A stretch of DNA of 64,000 nt from the human T2T-CHM13v2.0 reference genome, Homo sapiens, in assembly GCF_009914755.1 (NCBI RefSeq), contig NC_060926.1; one strand, written 5' to 3'. Positions 27,614 through 38,421 of the stretch are shown here, piece after piece (positions within the stretch are counted from its first letter, which is position 1; each line of letters begins with the position of its first letter). Made by a program: the position numbers and the translations under genes. The notes under the pieces are model-generated. The model worked only from the letters and a program-made list of their open reading frames with translations, did not search any database and was not told the origin of the DNA.

Positions 27614-27930
27614 CAGGTTGAGTATCCCTAATCTGAAAATCCAAAATGCTCCAAAATCTGAAACTTGCTGAGCACCAACATGACACTACCATGGAAAATT
27701 TCACACATAAAAGTACTTTAACTTTGTGTAATGCTCAAATGTATTTAAAATATTTTTAAAAATTACCTTTAGCCTCCATGTTTAAGATATATATGAAACA
27801 TAAATGAATTTTATGTTGAGATTTGGGTCTCATCTCAAAGATAGCTTATTATATATGTAAATATTCCAAAATCTGAAAAAATCCAAACACTTCTCATCCT
27901 AAGCATTTCAGATAAGGGATATTCAACCTA
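27614..27930. mobile_element. Tigger4/MER46-like (Tc1-mariner) MITE with terminal inverted repeats
   Basis: TA-caggttgagtatccctaatctgaaa ... tttcagataagggatattcaaccta-TA. Confidence 0.85.
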
Positions 27931-28991
27931 TATAAACAAAGTTGCTTGCATTAGCCAACCAGAAAAACAACCAAAAAACACTTTACCTTTTCCAATGCCC
28001 ATGCCCCCACTCAGCTCTGATCATCAGTAACTCCATTGATCACTGTGTGCTTTCATTCTTCCTGTCTGATGACAGCTGTCCCAATGGGATGGGCAGAGTG
28101 TCAAAGGCCAGCCAGCAGGTTTCCTGTCACCTAAGAAAGCAACGGCCACCAGTGATCACTGTGCCCCCATTCAGGGTCTCACAGGTCTGTACAGTCATGC
28201 TGTCTGCCTTAGTAGCAGCATTCAGACTCAAGTTACGTTGCGACCCATGGCTTAACAGGGGCCTGGATTGTGATGAAAATCACCATGAATATAAGGAGTC
28301 ATTTGAGGGTCTTCTGTCTAGTTGTCTGTCTCTGGTGGTGCCCAGGGCTGTATGGGTCCTGGGGCACTCTGCTTACCCACTCACCCACTGTGCATCATTT
28401 TCAGAAGAGTAAGCTGCATCCTAATATCCCTCAATAATCCAATATGTTTCTTTTCATCTCTGAATTATTAGACCTTCCTGGAATTCTATTTGCAGCTGAT
28501 AGGAATCCAAGTTCTAGGTTTCCTGCCAACTCTTCAGTGAAGCATTTTGCTCATTAACCACCAAAACTCATTCGGGCTGGAGTAGTCAAATCCCCTCATC
28601 ATAGGAACACATGAGTGGAGGGCAACAGTGGGTTTGCCTGCCTTGTTGGAATCAGGATCCTTGATTTAAGGAGACTCTAAGAGAAGCTAGCACCAAGTAA
28701 CCTAGTAGTAACCTATAGTTGCCTTTCTCAGCAGGCAATGCCTTTCTCAGCATTTCCTCCTTCAAGGAGATGGGAAGAAGCAATAACCCTAAGAAATCAT
28801 CAGTATCATCATCTTCCTTTTTCTGATGAGGAAACTAAGGCTTCAGACTGTTAGGTATTTTGCCCAAAGGCTCACATAGCTGGTAAAAGCAAGAGGCAGG
28901 ATGTGCTCTCAGGGCCAGCTGCCCACAGAGCCTTCGGTGGGTTTTGCTTTGCTCCTTCTTACTGTCTTTTGGCTCATTAAAAGTAACACAA

Positions 28992-29278
28992 GGCCGGGCG
29001 CGGTGGCTCACACCTGTAATCCCGGCACTTTGGGAGGTTGAGGTGGGCAGATCACCTGAGGTCAGGAGTTCGAGACCAGCCTGGCCAACATGGCAAAACC
29101 TCGTCTCTACTAAAAATACAAAAATTAGCTGGGTGTGGGGGTGCACACCTGTAGTTCCAGCTACTGAGGAAGCTGAGGCAGGAGAATTGCGTGAATCCAG
29201 GAGGCGGAGGTAGCAGGGAACCGAGATCGCACCACTGTACTCCAGCCTGGGCGACAGAACAAGACTTCGTCTCAAAAA
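28992..29278 (+). mobile_element. AluSx-like element
   Basis: ggccgggcgcggtggctcac start, gatcacctgaggtcaggagttcgagaccagcctggccaacatgg. Confidence 0.95.
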
Positions 29279-29858
29279 TATATCTATACAAGCACAAGGT
29301 TAAAAAAAAAAGAAAAGAAAAATGGCAACAGTATGCCCTCTGGATGCAGCTCTGGGCCAGCCCCTCTTCTGGTGCTACACCCACCTCCATGCCAAGGGGC
29401 CCGCCTGGCAGCATGAGACCCTCATATCCCTGTGGTGGCATTCCACATGACAGACAAGGGAGGGACAGAAACATTTCCTCGGCTTGCGTCAGTGCTAGGA
29501 GCCCTGGGCCCTGAGATTACTGATCAACTCCTCCTCCGCACAGATCTGGAAAGGAAACGTGAGGAAAAGTAGGCTACTCTAGAAGGACACACATTGAAAA
29601 GTACATCTCCTTACCACTCCTGGTGCTGGTACTCCATGTTACTGCTCAGTGGCAGTCCTCCAACCCTCTCCTCACCCCCGAGTCCTCCTTAGACCTGCTG
29701 GTTTCCTCTATTCCCTCTAGATCCCAGGGTCAACTGGCTCTGCCCCACTCGGAGCACTTAACACACATTCTTGGTAGGGGGTGCCATATTCCTGCTCATC
29801 CTATCACATGCTACTTAGACTTCTATTTCTCCAGTTCTTGAATATACGAAATGTTGTA

Positions 29859-30711
29859 CAGAAGATCCTCAAATAATGTCATTTTGCTATAATGTTTAGA
29901 ATGAAGAAAGTTGATTCCTGGTCGGGCCCACTGTCTGTGTGGAGTCAGCCCATTCTCCCTGTGTCTTCATGGGTTTTCTCCAGGGTCTCTGGTTTTCTCC
30001 CACATTCCAAAGCTGGGCACCTGAGGTGAACTGGCGTGTCTACATGGTCCCAGCATGAGTGAGTGGGGGTGCGCATGAATGCACCCCGCGATAGAACCAT
30101 GTCCTGTCCAGGGCTGCTTCCCGTCTGGCACCCTGAGCTGCTGGGATAGGCTCCAGCCGCCCTCAACACTGAGCTGGAATAAGAGCGTTCGAAAACAAAT
30201 GAATCGATACAAATTATTGTACAATAAAACTTCATAAAGTCTACGATAATCATACACATGCAAGAAATCAGAAGGGAACAGACCAGCTGGTGGAGGCAGG
30301 CCTGATTGCGGTGCCATGTTAGTGATTGATTGATAGTGAATTATGAGGTGGGAGGAGGCACTTCTTACGATTTTCACTTCGCAAATGTGTATTCCTCGAT
30401 TGAACCCACCACCACAACTGCCGTCACTCACTGATTCACCAAAAATTGAGTAAATAATTTATCTTATTTGTATTTATTCATCTTTCTTAAATGTGTGTAT
30501 AGCTCACATTTGTTTCAATGTTTAATATTAGAAGTGTTTTGGGTCTTTATTTAGAAGTTTGGTGATGTTTTTTGACAAGAAATGTACCATAGGAACTTAA
30601 CTCTTGTTAATATCAATTAGCCTGTTGTAAAATTGGTTTCTTTATATTGTCATTTCGCTTAACGTTGCAGTTTCTGAGAGACTATTGACGACACTAAGTG
30701 AGGACTTACTG
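29859..30711 (+). mobile_element. MER6-like (Tigger family) DNA transposon, near full length
   Basis: TA-cagaagatcctcaaataatgtc ... gacactaagtgaggacttactg degenerate TIRs; internal gggttttctccagg..ctctggttttctcccacattccaaag block recalled from MER6. Confidence 0.8.
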
Positions 30712-31334
30712 TGCTTGTTTTCAACCAACCAGCACTAAGTCCCTACCAAAGACACAGCACCATATGAGGTGGTGTCAGAAGTGTCTGCAGTCTCCTTGGC
30801 GTGATCTTCACCTCACAGCGTCAGAACCTTGCCATTGAGATAAAAGTAGCGCTTATGAAACAGTGTCGTATTAGGTAACTGCCAAGATAGGGTAGACACA
30901 GTGCCTTTGGAATCAGAGAAGAGAACAGACCAGCTGGTGGAAGCTGGTCTGAAGATGGGCCTTGAAGAGCAGAGGCTCTAAATAGCCTGGCTGCATAAGT
31001 GTTGATGGTGATGATTGAGAATAGCCACCCTTCACGGGCAGGCGTGGTGCCAAGCTCATCACAAGTATGACCTCTCATCCTGGAGCCCTTTGTGGAAGGC
31101 ACTGCTGTTGGTCCCTGTCTTGAGGTTGAGTAAGCTGGTGGTTAGGGAGGTCAAGACCTGGGCTGAAGGCATATTCCAGCTGAGCCCCAATCCAGCCCAT
31201 CCATGTGGCTCCCAACTCTTCCCCGTCCCTGTGCTCTCCCAGTGTGCCGCCTCCATTGCTAGGGTGGTTGGCAGGGCTGGGGATCCCCAGCTGTATCCTT
31301 GGACCTGTGGCTGATGGCTTCATTGTCGTTCTAG

Positions 31335-31492
31335 GACTTCTGCCATGGGCAAGTGATGTGGCCACCCCTCAGCGCCCTACAGGTCAAGCTTGCTGAGCCC
31401 GGGCAGTCCTGCAAGCAGGTGTGCCAGGAGAGCCAGCTCATCTGCGAGCCTTCTTTCTTCCAGCACCTCAACAAGGACAAGGACATGCTGAA
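31335..31492 (+). CDS. MGAT5: MGAT5 penultimate coding exon, 158 bp, phase 0/2 (absent from ORF track)
   Basis: gtcgttctAG acceptor, GTaagt donor; DFCHGQVMWPPLSALQVKLAEPGQSCKQVCQESQLICEPSFFQHLNKDKDML plus a split Lys codon. Confidence 0.98.
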
Positions 31493-32754
31493 GTAAGTGC
31501 CCTGGGGTGGGGGTGGGGACTCAGCCCCTAGACTCCAGCTGGCCTTGTTGGGTAGTCAGGTGAGAGGTACAGGTTTCCTCTTCCAAGCTACTGGGCTGTG
31601 GGGATAAGGTGTGGGAGGGGAGTAGGTTGCAGCAGGATCCCCCTAGAGAGTTAGCCCAGTGTTGTTACCGTTCCTTTTGGGTGAGATGAAGTCACCTGGC
31701 ATGATGATGTGTTTAGAATTTGAATGGGAGTGTTGTATTTGCATAAATAAAGCTGTATCTGGGTTTGAAGATTGTGGGAGGTGTTCGGCTTGCTAATGTT
31801 GACCCCAAGAACAGTGGGAGTAGAGGTGGGCACAGAGCCACAGGTATAGATGGACCAGCTCCTCAGACCCCTGCTGGTAGCCAGGCCTCCAGCAGAGTCT
31901 GAGCAGTGCAAGGGGCTGGTGGCAAGTGACATTGTTCAACCCTGGAGTCAGAAAGGAATGAGAAACATGGAGAAGGAGCCGGCACAAAACTGCCCACAAC
32001 AATCTCCAAGAGCAGCCTTCTCCTGCGGCCTGTTCCCTTTTGCACTTTCTTCTAGCTCACTGACACATGGTGCATCTCAGGCCCCAGCAGACCTGAGTCT
32101 GCGGGGCCTCTTGGTAATGAGGCGAGTGTGGCACTGGGAATGCTGGCCCAGGGCTGCACAGGGGAGGCGCCTTCCTTGAATTTCTTACCTTGTGCTTGCA
32201 TTACTTAGTGGCACCTTTCCTTTCCCTTTGCATTGGCATTTTGAGTTGGGCATTTGCAGTTCCCAAATTTCCGTGTGAGGTTTCTTCTGGCCTCTCACCC
32301 ATGATCTTTGACAGGCTTGAATCCATTCTCTCAATTTTTATCACACCCCACCGTAGTCCACATATTGCATAATTATCTAGCCTCCCCACCCACCCACCAC
32401 CTTAGTAGCTCTGATTAGGTGTTTTATGCAAGAGACTAGCCTACAAATAATAAGACCCTGCTGTCCCAACTCCAGATATTCGATCTAGCAGGTGTACCAT
32501 TCCAGGCTTGAAGAGGATGTTTAGGAAGTGGAGTGGACCTGGGGCTCAGGGCTCACCTGTCCCTGTTCAGGCTTCACGCCCTGTTAGTGCTGTTGTCCAC
32601 TGTTGTTATTTGTGCACCATGGTCTGAGTTGGCCTGTTTCTTGTGAGTCGTCTTATCCTTAAGTGTGGTATAAAACCCTTCGTAGGGAGAGTGTGTGGCC
32701 TCTTGTGTCCTGCCTGCTGCAGGGAAGCTCTCATGAGTAGGGGTGTAAGCTATG

Positions 32755-33066
32755 TTTTTTTTTGTTGTTGTTGTTGTTTTTGAGACAGGGTCTCTCTCTT
32801 TTGCCTAGGCTGGAGTGCAGTGGCGCGATCTTGGCTTACTGTAACCTCCACCTCCTGGGTTCAAGCAATTCTCACGCCTCAGCCTGGGACAAATAGCTGG
32901 GACTATAACTGCACGCCACCATGCCCAGCTAACTTTTGTATTTTTAGTAGAGACAGGGTTTTACCATGTTGGCCAGGCTGGTCTCAAACTCCTGGCCTCA
33001 GGTGATCTGCCCGCCTAGGCCTCCCAAAGTGCTGGTATTACAGGCGTGAGCCATCGTGCCCGGCCC
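32755..33066 (-). mobile_element. AluS-type element
   Basis: T/(TTG)n tail followed by full antisense Alu. Confidence 0.95.
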
Positions 33067-34762
33067 TGGTGATGCTATTTTTTTCCTGGTCTTTTTATGA
33101 GAAGACCCAGGCACAGAAGCTGCCCTGATTCCACCATGAAAACAAAAGCATAGGTCAAAAGTGGGGGCTTGGGGCAGCACCCTGCTCTGCCACCAGGCAA
33201 GCTTTAGGAGGGGGCAGTGGTCCAGGATGTCTGGAAAGCCTGTGATGGTACTGGAAGTTTCCAGTTCCACAGCGCAAATCTTGAATTGTAGGGTCCTGTG
33301 AGGGGCTTTCCATGCGCTCCTTTTGCATATAGCTCTTGGAGTAAGGTGGATTCTTGAGAACCCTGAGTCTGTCTGCATCTGAAGTTGGAATTCACTAGTT
33401 ACAGACTAGGGACTGTCTGCATAAGCCCACTTCTGGAAGAAGAGATACGAGAAGCCGCATCCTGGGAATGGGTCCAAATGGGACTCCTGAACAGCACGGC
33501 TTCCTTCCTGGCCAGGCAGGAGTCAGTGCTCTTGGCCCAGGGACTGTGCTCAGGGTCTGGCTCAGAGCTAGCATGGGGCCCTACAAAGGCAGGCCACCTC
33601 CAGGCCAGGGTCCAGGTCAGGGAAGGCAGGAAGGAGAAAGAGCAAATGGCCACTCCCCTCAGTTCTGCCAGTTTTCTCATCTGTAAAATGGGGATATCCT
33701 AGGTGATAGGTAAGATAATGAACAGCCCTTGCCAAAGACAGAGTAGAACACCCCTTTCTTCCAGAGAGCTTTGGGCAGTGGAGTAGGCCCGAGGCCACTG
33801 AGCCAAGACGGATAAGCCAGCCCCAGCCCTGGCCCCTCCCCACCTCCGTATCCATGCAGAGTTCACGAGAGCAAAAGGACTTGGCGTGGGGCTGTCCTGA
33901 GGCCAGGCCCTGTGCCATGGGATCGCTGGACCCCACCCCCACCTCCTACCCCACTGTAGAGATGCGGGCTTTCTTAGCAGGAGGCTAGAATGAATGCTAA
34001 TTTTGCAATAAAGCCGTCTGATATTAATTCTCTGAACATAAGAACCCTGCTGAATAACTTGTTCATGCATTTGTAAATACTGATAATGTTGTAAAACCCC
34101 TGCTATCTGGCAGTCTATTGAGTGCCTCCTCAGTGTGGAGGTGATCCTGGCCCATCCATATTCATAGCCAATTAGCAATTAGCAGTTCCTGCAAGCCAGT
34201 GCTGCCTTTGCATCTCCAACTTGGAGCCTGCTTTGAGCTAAGTTTAAGTTCCTTTTTCAGTCTTTGGGTATCCATAGCGTTTAAGAACCACCTGTCCTCA
34301 CTCTATAGTATGACTTTAGTATATCACATCAGGGGAACCCTTTGGAGTGTCCTGTGTTGTCTTGAATCAGGGCCATTCAGGAAACCAGCCTCGAGTTCTT
34401 GTGCATGCAGGGTGCAAGGGCGCAGTTAAGCACTGAAGAGGCCACCGCAGAGCACGCGTGATTCAGGTGCGACCCACATCCTCTGGACAAGTCTCCTCCC
34501 AGACTGGGGTGGAGACTGGAAGATGCAGGCTCCAGGAAGTGCCAGGGTCCATTCCAGTGGGGCCCAGTGGAGAGGACCTCAGTTCCATACACAGGAACAT
34601 GTGTTCCTGCCCAGTTTCTAATTTTGCTACCTCTTAAAGTTGTTTCTTCTACAATGTTAAATTATTGGCAACTGGGGTTGCTCTGTGCAAAGAATTCTAA
34701 GCAGTACAGTGTAGACTGAGTGCTTTGGTACCTGAGAGAGGGAAGGTGACCCTTAGTAGGCC

Positions 34763-34932
34763 ACCTGCTCAGCCCCGCACCATGTTGCTGGGGAAGACAG
34801 TGACCCCAGCCCCATCAGGCAGGGCCAAGGGCAGAAGTCATCCAGGGACTCTGGCAAGACCCTGAACTTTTTGGTAGAAGGTTCTGATTTGGTAATACTC
34901 CTGCTGCACTCAGAGCAGCCCAGTGGAGTCTT
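34763..34932 (+). repeat. 170-bp intronic direct copy of MGAT5 proximal 3'UTR (38427-38596)
   Basis: Manual ungapped alignment, 17 mismatches in 170 nt. Confidence 0.95.
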
Positions 34933-36624
34933 TGCCAGGTGGGACCTGGCAAGGCAGAGCTGGAATGAACAGAGCCCTCAAGAGAGGGGGCTAAGGGAGG
35001 GAAGGCACTCAAGGGAAGGGGCAGGAGGGAGGGGCGGGAGCAGCAGGTGAGACAGCAGCACTCGCCTCCTGTCCAGCGCATCCTGTCCTGTGCATTATAG
35101 GTCTGTGTCAGGAAGGGACTGGTGACTTCTCAGCCCAGTGCCTGTGACTTCAGTCACAGCGTGGCCAGCCCCATTGGAGGGAGGCTTTGCCTTTTTTTAT
35201 TCTTCAAGAGCTATAAACTGTAAACTGAGACCTGATGGGCCCAGAAACTTTAACTACCATCCTGTAAGAAACTAGGAAGAAAGGAAAGGAAGATGGCACA
35301 CTGCGGTGGGGTCTCTGAGCAGGAGGATGTGCTTGTTTGTGAGACAGACACTGCAGGGACAGAGAGGCAGACATAGCACCATGCACTGCCTGGAAAGGCA
35401 GGGACCCCCTAGGGGTTGAGGATCCTGGGCTGCAGAGGCTGTCTGGTCTCCATGTGCTCTAGCGATTGGGGAAAGCTGCTTTGCCTCACTGATGACCTTT
35501 GCTCCCAAGGATAATGGAGTCACCTTCCTGACTGCTCAGAGCTATGGGATGGGCACATGCATGCCAGTAAAAGGCAGAGCTCACTGGGGGCTTAGAAGAC
35601 ACTGGGGCCAGGGGGTTGGTTAGAGCCCTGCATTCCACAGCCGAATCCATCAGTTGAACCCTTGAGGAGCTGCCTGGTGTCGGGTCTCACCTGTGGCCTG
35701 GTGAAGCGTCTGCTGCTTGAGCACTCTGCGGCGGTCTCTGTGCATCACCCCAGGCAGGCTTCTGCTGCTGCAGCCTTAGCTGAATCCTGCTCACAGACAC
35801 ACGCTCATGTGTGCTTCTACCCCGGGAGATGGTGGCCTAGAGCCTGAGTCCAGGTGACCCAGGGAGCGAGCAGGAGGGTTTTTCATAGCTCCTGACAATT
35901 ATATTCCTCGCCATGGGGTCTGAGAGTCGCCGTAGAGATTTCTATGCTCTGGTTAGCAGTGTGCCGGCAGATGGTTTAAGTAAAGCCACAGCAGCTGCTG
36001 TAATTCACCCAAAAAAAAAGGTCATAAATATAAACCTGTATCCCAAGGTCATGTTCCATATGTAAACTTGTCATTCAGAATTGAGTTCCAGATATTTTTC
36101 TCTCTGTTGTCCAGCTGAGGTATTCTGTGAAGGAGCTGGTAGCTGCAAGTCTCTGACTCATTTTTCCTTTTAGGAAATCCATAAAAATTGACTTCCTGCC
36201 CTCTCCCTTCATGATTCATGACCTTAACTCCCTGGGCATTACCATCTCCCAGCTGGCATCAAGAGCAGGGGTGGTGGGGTATTTAGGGTAGTTGCAGTGC
36301 TCTCCCGGTGACTGTGGGAGCAAGAGAAGAGAGTCCCGCTCTCCTGAGCAGGTCTGGGCTCCTGGTGCAGTTCACACGTGCAGGAGGCGCCGCAGGCTCT
36401 GGGGGAGGGAGGCCTGAGCACCAGTGACATGCTGAGTTCCAGAAGCAGTTGGGGCTTCAGCTGCAACTGAGCAGGAGCCAGGCTGACAGCCTGGGAGATC
36501 TCAGCAGAAGCCCCAGCAGATGTGCGGGGAATCGCAGGATTAATGTTGGCAAGGGGAGGAAGGCCCCAGGCAGCTGGTTAGCTAGAGAAAGACAGGGCAG
36601 GAGTAGGAGAGAAAATGATGCTTT

Positions 36625-36732
36625 ACATACACATACACATATGCATACGCATGCACGCACACAAATGCAAGTACATAAACATGCTCTACACACATGCCCA
36701 TGTACACACACATATGCATACATACACATACA
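36625..36732. repeat. Degenerate (CA/TA)n microsatellite
   Basis: Alternating purine-pyrimidine tract seen directly. Confidence 0.85.
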
Positions 36733-36954
36733 AGCCCATTTGGAAGCTTCTCAGAGGCAACGAGAAACCTCAGGCTCCCCATCCTCATCCCCTCCGTGTC
36801 AGCAGAAAAATGAGACTTCCATGAACCAAGTGAAATAGAAATGGTTGGTGTGTAAATTCATACCACTGGACAAGCAAGTGGGGAGGTGGTATAGCCCATC
36901 CGATGTCTGCCAAGGCAGGGTGATGACGACAATGACCACAATCCTGACAACAAT

Positions 36955-37150
36955 GATGGTTGCCATTTATCCACTTACTTAGAGCTTGACTCTGTCACAT
37001 GCTGTAGAAGCACTAACTTAATTCCTGCAGTAAAGAATCATTTATCCCCATTCTATGGAAGGGAATCTGAGCCACAGAGTGGCTCACTCATTTGTCCAGG
37101 GCCACACAGCTCCTAAAAGACAAAGCCAGGACTCAAACCCAGGTCTGCCC
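36955..37150 (-). mobile_element. MIR
   Basis: ttatccccattctatggaagggaatctgagccacagag...gtccagggccacacagct...ccaggactcaaacccaggtctg. Confidence 0.7.
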
Positions 37151-38222
37151 GTCCCCCAACACCACTTTCTCTGATATCAGATACAGCATGGGTTCCCACC
37201 TCGCATTCATGCAGGACACCAGGTGAGGCCGCTGCCTCCTTCAGGAAGCAAGGTGGATGGGAGCAGTCATCCCAAGTGGGAGGGAAAGATATGAGATAAG
37301 AGGCCAAAACTGTTGGGAATGGAAACATCAGAATATCCTTGGCCCCCCTACGCAGTGGTCCCAGCCAAAGGAAGCAAAGCCACCAGGCTCCACCGCCTGA
37401 GACCACTCAGCTGTTGGGAGAAGATGGCAGAAGTACAGGGCTGGGGAGAGAGGGCCTGGATTCAGGCCGTCTCTGCACATCCTGAAGCCTCAGTTCACCT
37501 TCCTCTAACTGGGGTTACCATTGCCATGGCTTAAGGGTGGCTGCAAAGACCCAGGGAGGCGATGCCCCAGGACAGCACCTTCTGTCTGATAGCTTTCCAG
37601 CAAGAGGCTAAGGCCATATAACAGGAATTCTTTAAAGCCTTTAATTAAAAAGTTAAACATACTTAAAGAACGTAAATGATGCTGAGCTTTGCCCCACTCT
37701 CACTTCTTGGAAGCAGCCATTGCTAAGGCATTAGCACGTAGCCGTCTCGACTTGCAGCCTTCAACTCCCGTGTGCACACTGCGGGCTGGTTCCCCTGTGC
37801 TTCCCATTCTGGGACTCACCTTTCCCCAGGATGACTCTCCTGCTCCTCTCTTCTCCCTCATTCTTTTTCAACAGCTGCAGAGAACTCTAAAAGCACAGAA
37901 GGGCCATGATTTATTTGGCCATTCCCTGCTTGGTGAGTATTTGGGTTGTTTCCAGTTTTTCTCCATTGCAGACAAAGCTTCACTAGGCAGCCTCAAACAC
38001 ACACCCCTGCACACACTCCCTGGTGCACACATGCCTTCCTGAGTCTAGATGCCTAGAGGTGGAGGATTGCAGACGAAGAGGGTGGGCACCATTTCATTTC
38101 TAAAGTAGGACAAGACAACTGAACATCCCCCCATGCCTCAAGATGGGGGCTCACAGGGCCAGTGACGAGGAAAGGCTCTGTCCCTTCATCACCAACACTT
38201 GTGCCTTTCTCTTCCTCTTCAG

Positions 38223-38421
38223 GTACAAGGTGACCTGCCAAAGCTCAGAGCTGGCCAAGGACATCCTGGTGCCCTCCTTTGACCCTAAGAATAAGCACTG
38301 TGTGTTTCAAGGTGACCTCCTGCTCTTCAGCTGTGCAGGCGCCCACCCCAGGCACCAGAGGGTCTGCCCCTGCCGGGACTTCATCAAGGGCCAGGTGGCT
38401 CTCTGCAAAGACTGCCTATAG
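38223..38421 (+). CDS. MGAT5: MGAT5 terminal exon, coding part
   Basis: Strong pyrimidine tract cctttctcttcctcttcAG; completes the Lys codon, then YKVTCQSSELAKDILVPSFDPKNKHCVFQGDLLLFSCAGAHPRHQRVCPCRDFIKGQVALCKDCL, TAG at 38419-38421; Cys-rich GnT-V C-terminus. Confidence 0.98.

Noticed and set aside
28835-29514. ORFs such as [18 protein letters not shown] and similar ones at 10899, 26531, 27483, 32820, 59727
   Set aside because: Translations of Alu sequence
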